Assembly: GCA_024626585.2 (NCBI GenBank)
Contig: JANKJI020000004.1
Coordinates: forward strand, 38,207,235-38,228,361
Direction: 5' to 3'
DNA: 21,127 nucleotides
Source of the DNA: Ginkgo biloba
Lineage: Eukaryota > Plantae > Ginkgophyta
Below are positions 1 through 9,761 of this stretch, piece by piece (the first letter of the stretch is position 1; each line of letters begins with the position of its first letter). A model generated the notes under the pieces. That model was not told the DNA's origin. It was given only the letters and a program-made list of their open reading frames with translations, and did not search any database. The position numbers were made by a program, and so were the translations under genes.

Positions 1-1939
1 TAGTATATCCCTCTACCATTCAACCTATCCGAGTTATTTTGGCCAAACATACTTCATCCTTGTAATTCTATTGAAAGCCAATGCACATGCACACATTGTC
101 CCGATTGCCAAAACACATGCATTTCTTTGGAATTAGTTTCCTTTGCATATTTATATTGAGCTGAGCTAAACCTATATCTCTTCAATGGGCCTGTTTGTGC
201 CCCACTACCAGGAAAATTTGACAATTGAATTTCCCTCTCATGCCTCCCTACTAAGCACTGCACAATCTAGCAACATTAAATACCTGCCAGATTAANNNNN
301 NNNNNNNNNNNNTAGACCTTTCACTACCAACTAGGGGGTTAAAGAGTTTTCAAGGTACATTAGATTTAATATTAACAAAGAATAGTATGACTTTTACATC
401 ATATTATATTACCAATAAACTATTTGCATTTTGGAGTCATACACATGATATGTCATCCATGTAATTTGTACCTTGACAAATTAGCAAAAAGCAATGGCTC
501 TTTACCACTTGATCACACCTAGGGGAATTGTGATGCTAGGAACATTTTGATGGTAAATGTTTTATAGCTATGGTTGCAGTTGATTTCAACATATTCTGAA
601 AATGGATATTTGAACATACTGGCATATTCATCCTATGCTATGTATGGTTATCCAGTTTTAAGGGACATAATCAAATCCCAAATATATTATTGCTTCTTGA
701 AACAAAGGCAACTCGGCTCTATATTCTGTGCCTTTTTACTGTGCATTTCTTTTAGTAAGGCCTTACAAAGATTGCTCTTGTTCCAAATAGAGTATTCATT
801 GTTTTTCATGGGAATATCATTTAGCAATCACTATAACTTTCTGGTATAGACAATTCAATAAGACAATCCATTCACACACTTTAATCACATTATGCAACAA
901 TATTTAGTACTATTGAGACAATTTTATACGCAACCAATATAAGTATGTGCCCATGACCATAAAGGAATAAACACAGGCTTGTGTGCCCATGTAGCTTTTG
1001 ATCCAGACAAATAACAGGCTAGATATCTCTTCATTCTATAGGAAATTTAGAAACAGAAAAAGATAAGGTAGTCACATCTAAATAAAACCAAAATAAAAAG
1101 CACAGAAGTTTAGAATGCTTAAACATGTAAATAAAAATAATAACTAATAGATAAATGCAGGCACAGGGCCATGCAACTGCCCAAGACTGTTGTCAAATAC
1201 TTATGTCAAAATGCATTCTATTAAAAATGGCATGAATCTTTTTTCTTCAACAAACTACATACTCTGTGAAAACAAACCCATTTTCATATTGTTGATTTGC
1301 ATACCACACCAGTTGCTTATCCAAGTCCCTAATTCAGTCTCAAAACCCAAAGCTCTTACAGGACAGGATTGGCTGCTGCAATTTCACATTAGCTTTTGTC
1401 CTTCACAATTTCTGAACCATCCCAAATGAAATGCAGATAGATTAACAAGATGCAGAACAAATAATAATGTCAGGTAGCTTAACCTCTGCAGTGAAACATG
1501 TACTATGAATACAAAGTTACACAGCTAATCTCTGCACAAAATCTGGAAAAGGAACACAGAGGCTCCCTACAAGACATCACGGAAAAGGATCATGCAGAGA
1601 AAATAATACAATGGCCTGTTGGAACAATAACAGTGGCTTACAACAGAAGCTCATCATAAGCAACTCTTCACATGCTTCCGAGCAGAAACTCTTTCCAATG
1701 TAAACAAGCAAATTATGAATATTCTTCTCCTGTTGACATCCCCCACATAATGGAATGGAGGTATATTTTACAATGGAATATCATGAAGAAAAATAAATAA
1801 TGAAAAAGAGCAGGGTTGACACCAAGACCACTCATTAGGAGGGAAAGAGAATCCCTTGTCTAAACAAAAGCTTGTCTGAATGCCAGACTTGAAACCTACG
1901 CCCAAAGGATCTATATTGGAAAGACATATCTGGATTAAT

Positions 1940-2161
1940 TTAGCAAGCCTTTCTTTTATCAACTTTGAGGTGGATATTGAACCACTTCTTTTTAGACCTA
2001 TCTCTAGTAACTTGCTTTGCTTCTCTGTTGTGACCACCAGCTTCACCCTTAGCATCCCTATGTGACCCTTTGACCTTGCTCCCACTAAAGCTTCTCTTGA
2101 GTGTTGGAATTGAAGAGTACAAAGCATGAATAGCATCCCGCCGCTTGAGAAGTTCATCTAT
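1940..2161 (-). CDS. ARL1: ARL1-like last coding exon (IDELLKRRDAIHALYSSIPTLKRS...RDRSKKKWFNIHLKVDKRKAC*)
   Basis: Acceptor ATGCAG| at 2162; 73 codons plus TAA at 1942-1940; family C-terminal KWFN motif. Confidence 0.95.
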   Translation of the reverse strand: MDELLKRRDAIHALYSSIPTLKRSFSGSKVKGSHRDAKGEAGGHNREAKQVTRDRSKKKWFNIHLKVDKRKAC

Positions 2162-5100
2162 CTGCATGATTAACTTNNNNNNNNNNNNNNNNNNNNNNNN
2201 NNNNNNNNNNNNNNNNNNNNNNNNNNNNNNNNNNNNNNNNGGAGAACTTCCTTCCTTGAACTAAATAATCCTTCTTCACATATAAATGCAAAGCTGACAA
2301 AGTCATCCCTGAATGCATAATCATTTGTGCAAACCATTTCCCTTTATGGGAATTCTAAAAACTAAAGGACCAAACTTTACACCACAGCTATAATGCTGCT
2401 TAAAAGATTGAATAAGGTGCGCAAGAAAACTCACAATTTGCATTTCTTGAGCNNNNNNNNNNNNNNNNNNNNNNNNNNNNNNNNNNNNNNNNNNNNNNNN
2501 NNNNNNNNNNNNNNNNNNNNNNNNNNNNNNNNNNNNNNNNNNNNNNNNNNNNTTACGGCCACAAGAACATCCCATCAAGGGCCAAATGGATATACTTACC
2601 TCTCTATATTCAGTCTCAAACTTAGAAAGCTCAATCCGTTTAGACAAGATTTTGGCCTCCACATCCCGGAGATTTTCTTTGGCTTCAGCAAAGGGTTCGG
2701 CGCAAACAGCTTCTATTGTGTAACTTGCACTTTTGAAGAAGTTATCACCTTCAAAACAGATTACAGACATTAACACTAGAACTAGTTTGTTTCGCTTACA
2801 TATATTAACAGGTGCAAGCAATAAATGTGTTATCTCAATTCCAACTCCATACAAAAGCTTTATGAGTGGAAATCAAATCAGAAAGGAACACCAGAATGGT
2901 ACATGGAAAGGACTTCTAACCATAAACAGCAAATACATGCATGCCAGCCTTCAGTTCAGACAATTCACACGGCTGAAAACCATCAAGTTTCTTGAAAAAG
3001 GCAGCATCTGGATCCCTGGCTATTGCCATCTGTACAATAGAGTAAATGAAATTTAAAAAGTAGTTTCTTTTATGAATGTGTCAATTCTCAGACTATGGAA
3101 ACATATACTCCAGCAACAAAAGATAAATTCCTCTTAATAAGGTAAGATGTTCCACAAAGATGATCAGAACCATAATCAGCATTGTTACAGAAATTATCAC
3201 TAATGTGCTAAGACTTACTGTATTTGCTGTTGGATCTAAACGATAAACTTGGAAATGGAGAAAATACATCCCAGCTGAGGTAACTTTGCCTGTCTTTGCA
3301 CTGTCCTCCTGCATATATTGTCCACTGATGCTGATAAAGTAGCAGGTATAAATGAGCTACAAACAATAGCAGGAATGTGCAAACTAGTATATATGGAAAC
3401 TGATATGAACAGTAGAAAACAGTTCACATGGCTAAAATAATGAGCAATTATAAGTCCATGCATTGATTGACATGAACATTAGGAACATACAGACAGCAAA
3501 CCAGAGCTAGTCAATTGCTCTCACAAATCAAACGAATTTGTTTAACATTACCTTGCATGCCCAAAAAGGGTCCATGCAATCAACTTGCTGACACTTGACA
3601 CTCACCAATCCAAGATAGATGCACCCTACTGAGTACCTATGGCATTTGTCTGATCCCAAAGCACAACATGGTAAGGAATTTGCACCCAGCACTTCTCTGA
3701 TATCCCAAAAAACATGATTACAGATTTTCCCTGTATAGCTCCTTAATCTGTTAAGCCCTTTCACATCAAATCCAAGTAGGGAAGCAATCTCTGAAGCACA
3801 GCCCTGCCCCCTCCTAGAACCAGAGTCCCTCCAAGACTTCTAAGCATTCTTTCTATGAAAATAGAAAGAGGGAAAAAACACTAGGAAACAAGGTCATTTT
3901 GACTTCCCATTTTTTCCTTTGCCTCCATGGTAGTTTATGCAGTCAAAGTAAGAAGACACTTTGGAATTGCCAGCCCTGAAGAAACACAGTCCTACCTCCA
4001 AGAATTCACATTTGTTCTTGGGAAAACACAGAGGAAGAACTCCCTGGGAAACAAGCTTATTTTGAATTCCCCTTTATTCCTTTGTATCTAAGAAAGCACC
4101 ATGGATCTGCCAACTACCTTATCTACTTCATATTTTACCATTTTCCTGTTACAATCTCCTCATTGATATCTCTACATTTCCAAGAGGCTGTATGGGGAAG
4201 CAACAACTGCCAGTTGTCACCTGATACCTGGGACAGGTTGTACACTCCCCAATAATTTGAATGTTACTTCCTATGATACTTTCATGGCATCCCTTGCACT
4301 AGAGCTTTGACAATCCTACAGTTCATTTGAAAAGCCCCTAAAAATTCATATCATCTCCAACAAATGCCAAAGTTTTCTCTCTGAGGGGCATGATGTGTCA
4401 AAAAGATTCATTGCACATTACACAACAGACCCCAACCCCTCAGTAATAAAGTGCCAAGGCCTTCTATCAGTCTGTCTAAATCTTTATTATAGCTCCAAAT
4501 GGGTTATAGTATTGAGTGTCTATAGAATCCTCGTTGTTAAATAATGATGTTTCTAATCTTTGAGAGCCAAAGTTGCATAAGCACACTTGATCAGAGGTGA
4601 AATGAATTGCTGGGAAATGAGATATCAGAATCCTCCACCAACCAACTCCTTGTAGTATCTCATTGATCCAAACAGGTCAATGTCTCATGACTGTTCACCA
4701 ATAATGCCCTATCATTGCACTTCCAATGCATGTATATGCCAAGAACATGCATATTGTCATGTGAGGATGTCAAATCACCATCAGAGTTAGACGTATCAGG
4801 TTGTGTGAACACAGCAGCACATATGGCATGATCTCCATATATAGACACACGTGCACCTTGTGCACCTTTAGTATCAACNNNNNNNNNNNNNNNNNNNNNN
4901 NNNNNNNNNNNNNNNNNNNNNNNNNNNNNNNNNNNNNNNNNNNNNNNNNNNNNNNNNNNNNNNNNNNAGGGGCTCATCATTGGAGAATACTGACTCTGAC
5001 TTGCATAAAATGCAATGTTTTTTAAGGAGATTACCATATGTTGGTGAATTATTCCCTTGGCTGAAGTGCAGTCATATTGGCATTAATGGCTGAACATTGG

Positions 5101-8100
5101 CTTAAAGATTCTGACTTAAAAAGGAAGCAGTGAATAGAATGCCACGCTACCAGTCACAACACTGGTCACAGCAACCAGAACATCAGTTGCAGTTGATATA
5201 AAGCTGATCATAGTGTGATAAGTCCAGTTGCCACATAAAATGAAGAGTTGATGTAATCCATTTTTACTTATAGTTACAATATAACATTGAAAGTTGGTAA
5301 TAAATGATTAATTAAGAGAAAGAATATCATTAAGGGTGTTCCACAGTTGCAATTAAAGAGGACACCAATTCTCCCCATACTATTTAATGCCATATGAGGA
5401 CGTTCTGTATCATCCATTGAAGAGAGGAGCACACCCTGAAGGAATTTGTAAGAGGACAGCCCTGGGGCAATGGCCCATGGGCTGCCACCCATTTCTTGCT
5501 GATATTTAATTCAAGAAAGGAGTCCCTTGTCATTTTTTCTCACAAAATGGGAATTGTTACTGTGCAAATTTGTGCTTTCTATGGAGTCTGAAAAGATGTA
5601 TTTGATGCTTTATCTGACAGTTGTAGGTCATATTATAAAATGAAGGTAAAAAGGGGCAATATATGCTGTTCTATTCTTTACTCTTAACGCTTATATTATT
5701 GATGAATTGTTGCAAGGGGAGCAAAGTATATGGATGCATTAACTAGAAAGAGAGTGTTAACCATTCAAGCTACACCATGGTTGAAATTTTGAGATGTAAA
5801 AGAAATTGTGAACTTGGAATTGTGCACAGAACAATGTTCTTTCACTAAGCTATTTGTGGATATCTAGCATAAGAGGAGCAACCAGTGGCCCATTCATCTC
5901 AAATATGCCAAAGATGCGAGAATCGTATATTTTATTCTGAACCCATGCTATCAAATGTTTTATCGAAGACTAAAGTACCTGCAAGAGGATGTGACGCACA
6001 AGGTGCATTGATAAGTGAAAANNNNNNNNNNNNNNNNNNNNNNNNNNNNNNNNNNNNNNNNNNNNNNNNNNNNNNNNNNNNNNNNNNNNNNNNNNNNNNN
6101 NNNNNNNNNNNNNNNNNNNNNNNNNNNNNNNNNNNNNNNNNNNNNNNNNNNNNNNNNNNNNNNNNNNNNNNNNNNNNNNNNNNNNNNNNNNNNNNNNNNN
6201 NNNNNNNNNNNNNNNNNNNNNNNNNNNNNNNNNNNNNNNNNNNNNNNNNNNNNNNNNNNNNNNNNNNNNNNNNNNNNNNNNNNNNNNNNNNNNNNNNNNN
6301 NNNNNNNNNNNNNNNNNNNNNNNNNNNNNNNNNNNNNNNNNNNNNNNCAAAGAACAATTTAACAATACACAAATCCTTATAAAAAAGGTTGCACGGTTCA
6401 TGTCCAATGACCCATGGTTGTCGAGACTCACACAAAAGGAAGGATTAAGTGGCCAAAAGTTTTGGCAAGGCATTGAGAGGAAATCTGCCCAATATCATTA
6501 AAAAAGCTCCGATTGAAGGCGTCAATGCACAAGTAATCACGTAGTAGTGGCAAATTAAGCAACCAAGTACTGATAAAGACTCACAATCAGCATAAGTCCC
6601 AATATCATTAAACAAGCTCCAATTGAAGGCGTCAATGCACATGTAATCCCGTAGTAGTGGCAAATTAAGCAACCAAGAACTGATAAAGAGTCACAATCAG
6701 CATAAGTCCAAAGCAAGGGAGAACAACCCTAAAAGTCTAAAAGCAAAACCACCACCACCTACAAAAACCACAATAGCTAGTGACAATGGAGGTCAGCTTT
6801 GATTAAGGGTCATTTTAACAATTTTTTTTCAGGAGGAAGTACAAGTTTGAATTTTCTAAATTTTATCAAATACCAAGCATTGGTTATTTCTTGTTGTCAT
6901 CAAGACTTGAGCGCAGAAACTCTAGGCTTGTGTCCAGCAAGATGTATGCCTGGTGGAAGTATAGATGGGTGCAAAAGGGAACTGAAAATAGAAATTTACA
7001 AAAGAAGCAGTAAATAGAATACCAAGTTGTTGATCACAATGACAATCACAACACCCAGAACATCAATCACAGTCACAAAGCACTGGTTGTCAACATGAAT
7101 GTCAATGTTGTTGATTGCAGTCAAGTACAGTCACTCACAATTCTTGAAAAAGAATATTCATTGATTATTGAAAGAAAACAATGTTGTAACAAGGCATCAC
7201 CACTGATGAAGTATTAATGACCCATTGGTAAGAAAAAAACATATTAAAGATGGAGGTGTGTGAATGGAAGGCACTCCATCCTCATACTATGTATAAGTGT
7301 GCCTTCATTAAGGCACATCAATCCTTCAATTAATTAGTTGCTAGATATTTACATAGTACTTGCCCAAATAATCAATCAACAATGAGGTTGGAAATGNNNN
7401 NNNNNNNNNNNNNNNNNNNNNNNNNNNNNNNNNNNNNNNNNNNNNNNNNNNNNNNNNNNNNNNNNTTGTAAAGAATATTCAGAATTTGAAAAGGGAATAT
7501 TCTAGAAAGGATATAGGCGGCAATTTCTTCCCATAAAGGAAGAACATCTGTAAATATTCACCGCGGGTGAGAGCATTTGTATTGAAGAAAGATTGGTCTG
7601 AGTGGAGAGAATAGTATATAATCTTGCTCTCTGTGGTCTCTGTACATATTGATTGAAAGTAATGAATGAGAAATGTAGTCATATGATGTGTTGCTCTCTG
7701 TGTTTGATCTGTTGATAATATGATGTTATATGTTGATTGACTTTGTTCATGAGATGTATTTGTCAATTGTTGCAGAGATAGTGAATTATGTTGCATAATA
7801 GGAACTGTGAATGTGATTTTAGTTAATTATGTTGCCTAGTTAAGTATTGAATCATAATACATAAAAATACACCGAGTTATTCCAAATATCTTGCTATGAG
7901 AAGTAATTAATGGTGCTAATCTTGTCTATGCCTATGCTTGTTTTCTATTGAATATAAGAGCATGTGAGGACATAATAGGAACTATGGACATGATTTTAGT
8001 TAATTCTGTTCCCTGGGTAAACATTGAGTCATAATACATAAACATACACCGAGCGTTGGAAGAAATTAATTGATGAAGAACATATGACGTTTTCATTCAT

Positions 8101-9761
8101 TCGNNNNNNNNNNNNNNNNNNNNNNNNNNNNNNNNNNNNNNNNNNNNNNNNNNNNNNNNNNNNNNNNNNNNNNNNNNNNNNNNNNNNNNNNNNNNNNNNN
8201 NNNAAGAATGTCCTACCTTAACCTCCTCTAAACTAATCCTAGTGTATTTTTCTACACAATGGACTATTTGGACATATCCCATGCAGGTTTACTACAATCT
8301 ATCTCACAGGTCCCATAGTTGCTTAACATTCCACATGCACTCATATCCATAGTCGTGTATTAGTTGGGTATTTTAGTGTATTTCCTCAAGCCTCATGGCC
8401 CTCCACTCAACATATTTTCCATGCATTTTCCTTAATATTTCTAGATAGTAACTTACTTTATCTCCTCTTGGCATCTTCAAATTGGTGTTTATAGAGTAGT
8501 GCAAGCTACCTCTTCTTATTCACTAGTGATCCCTTCACATAGCACCATGTATTCTCTACTAGAGAATACTCCTCTACTTTGGCACATAATAGTAAACAAT
8601 GATCATTTATTTCTCAATGGGATTTGCAACATACTATTCTCTCCATAATCGCTTTTTTTCTTTGTCTACACACAATCGTGATCTTTTTTCAATGGTGGTC
8701 TCCTCTTTAATAGATCCACTATAAATTCTCTCTATAAGTTTGGACTGCCAATAATTCTCCACCTACAGATAGTATATATGGTTCTCCATAAACCTTTTAA
8801 TCCATGTTCCTCAATGTAAATTGTGAATTGTCACCACTTGCACCTTCTCGCTACACATAGAAATGATGAACAATATTGGATTTACCATTGAATTAACCAT
8901 ACATCTAGCATAACCAAAAATTGAATCAAGATAAGGATAACCCTTCGCTCTGATACCGCATGTAAATATATTAAAAAATGAATAAAAATAAAACACAGGA
9001 AAATTTTAACGCGATTCGGTCAGTCATCTAATGATGATAGTTACAGCGCTTTCAGTCTGAGGAAAGCGGTACCAGGCCATTGTATACGATTGACAAAATA
9101 AGGCGTGAAATGTCAGTAGTAACATTATTAATTCATTCGGAATGTTTACACCAAACAAATATGTCATCCAATGTTCCCTAAAACGTCCACTACCCCTTCC
9201 GTATGTGCATAGCAGAACCATTAGTTAACCGATTTCGAAGGCTATGAAGTGTAACAACGGCCATCCATCATGGCGCACAGCACTCACAGTAATTGCCTTT
9301 TACCAAACGAGGTTAGCCGATACTTCCTGGTTGTGGAGAATTCTTCGGTTCAATGGGACATCCACAGAGGTACCAAGTATCCGACAAGCACAGAGGTCGA
9401 GACCTGTGTTTAAAACTTTAGAGTGAACCACTCGAAACCAAAACTAAGTGCTTCCACTAGGTCGGCAACAGTTGTGATGGGGAAAGGCCACTCGTGTACC
9501 AGAGGAGGCACTACAATAAAAATTCAAAATCCAAGTTCAAATTACTGAAATGCAAACAAGAGCCACACTAATAAATCAAAACGGAACTCCATGGGCGAAA
9601 AAGGTTAAAGCGAAAACAGCATACTTTAAAGCCATTTTGCGGTAAGAAGTCTTGATGTCTTGATCAGAAGCATCACGAGGAACTCCAAGCACTTCGTACG
9701 GATCCCTCCGGTTTTCCACGGCTGCATTTTCTGCATTGAACGAAGCCGAAGTGCCAGGCAT
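1940..9761 (-). CDS. ARL1: Multi-exon gene span: ARG1-family DnaJ (J-domain) co-chaperone, ARL1/DnaJ16-like; middle exons not visible
   Basis: Six collinear minus-strand exons translate to recognisable ARG1/ARL peptides: RRDPYEVLGV...YRKMALK; EDSAKTGKVTSAGMYFLHFQVYRLD; DPDAAFFKKLDGFQPCELSELKAG; GDNFFKSASYTIE...KFETEYRE; AQEMQI; IDELLK...KWFNIHLKVDKRKAC*. The MPG start, AQEMQ and terminal HLKxDKxKxC favour ARL1 over ARG1 (recalled Arabidopsis sequences). Confidence 0.92.
2435..2452 (-). CDS. ARL1: 3' part of a short ARL1-like exon (...AQEMQI); 5' part lies in the gap 2453-2552
   Basis: GCT CAA GAA ATG CAA ATT|GTGAGT; matches ARL1-type RYAQEMQx immediately before IDELLK; phase 0 donor fits the last exon. 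Confidence 0.85.
2600..2748 (-). CDS. ARL1: ARL1-like internal exon, 149 nt (GDNFFKSASYTIEAVCAEPFAEAKENLRDVEAKILSKRIELSKFETEYRE), start of the coiled coil
   Basis: Acceptor TTTGAAG| at 2749 completes the split Gly codon; donor GAG|GTAAGT at 2599. Confidence 0.95.
2921..3029 (-). CDS. ARL1: ARL1-like internal exon, 109 nt (MAIARDPDAAFFKKLDGFQPCELSELKAGMHVFAVY + G)
   Basis: Translated by hand (not in the ORF track); acceptor TACAG| at 3030 and donor G|GTTAG at 2920; phase 0/1 fits both neighbours. Confidence 0.95.
3219..3308 (-). CDS. ARL1: ARL1-like internal exon, 90 nt (EDSAKTGKVTSAGMYFLHFQVYRLDPTANT)
   Basis: Acceptor TGCAG| at 3309 and donor |GTAAGT at 3218; phase 0/0; conserved ARG1-family motif. 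Confidence 0.95.
5116..5193 (+). repeat. Dispersed intronic repeat, copy 1 (partner at 6996-7073)
   Basis: Ungapped alignment at offset 1880; 49/70 identities over 5121-5190 vs 7001-7070 by hand count, including GAAGCAGT.AATAGAAT and CCAGAACATCA. Confidence 0.75.
6488..6709. repeat. Tandem duplication, 2 x 110 bp
   Basis: 6488-6597 and 6598-6707 (CCCAATATCATTAAA...CAGCATAAGT) align without gaps, with 6 mismatches. Confidence 0.97.
6996..7073 (+). repeat. Dispersed intronic repeat, copy 2 (partner at 5116-5193)
   Basis: Same alignment as copy 1. Confidence 0.75.
7466..8103. mobile_element. Possible LTR fragment (solo-LTR-like) in the intron
   Basis: Gap-bounded block with a TATATAA box near 7616, a TG-rich tract downstream and an internal direct repeat. 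The termini are not visible. Confidence 0.3.
7794..8053. repeat. Diverged 83-bp direct repeat with a 177-bp period
   Basis: 7794-7876 and 7971-8053 both read CATAATAGGAACT...GATTTTAGTTAATT...TCATAATACATAAA.ATACACCGAG, with equal length. Confidence 0.9.
8204..9022 (-). mobile_element. Decayed non-autonomous LTR element (TRIM/copia-derived): LTR end, tRNA-Met PBS, ~200-bp non-coding interior, PPT, LTR start
   Basis: The minus strand reads ...TTTACA-TG-CGGTATCAGAGC (8958-8947; 11/12 match to the canonical TGGTATCAGAGC). About 180 bp later it reads AGGTGGAGAAT-TATTGG (8764-8748), resembling the copia PPT/LTR junction AGGTGGAGAT-TGTTGG. Outer boundaries are approximate. Confidence 0.55.
9625..9761 (-). 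CDS. ARL1: ARL1-like first coding exon, N-terminal half of the J-domain (MPGTSASFNAENAAVENRRDPYEVLGVPRDASDQDIKTSYRKMAL + partial K)
   Basis: ATG at 9761-9759; J-domain signature DPYEVLGV...IKxxYRKxALK; donor AA|GTATGC at 9624 (phase 2), just before the expected YHPD. Confidence 0.92.

Noticed and set aside
574-1429. Small plus-strand ORFs downstream of the gene (574-849, 1190-1429)
   Set aside because: Non-ATG (TTG) starts, composition typical of AT-rich non-coding DNA, and no domain.
1768-2157. 129-aa minus ORF and the antisense ORFs 1880-2065, 2393-2773, 2733-3056 and 9660-9917
   Set aside because: Alternative-frame or antisense shadows of the DnaJ exons with no recognisable motif.
2321-2854. 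177-aa ORF as a single-exon gene
   Set aside because: It joins intron sequence, one real exon, a gap and a partial exon; the splice sites explain it.
3500-4660. Possible decayed LINE or gypsy coding sequence in the intron
   Set aside because: Repeat-like, but I could not recover a diagnostic motif by eye.
5274-5492. RIGVLFNCNC resembling the missing KLGVPIKTTV exon
   Set aside because: The similarity is only a few residues, there is no flanking homology or suitable splice site, and it lies in a repeat-like block.
4852-6007. 12-bp inverted match TGCACCTTGTGC / GCACAAGGTGCA as terminal inverted repeats
   Set aside because: Too short, does not extend, and no target-site duplication is visible.
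5970-6021. ...HILLQ|GTACTT as the end of the missing ...LALQ exon
   Set aside because: The upstream residues (FHLSMHLVRH) do not match the expected EENGGLSLA-type sequence.
6488-8053. Repeat-spacer arrangement as a CRISPR-like array
   Set aside because: Only two long units each, a spliced eukaryotic context, and no cas genes.
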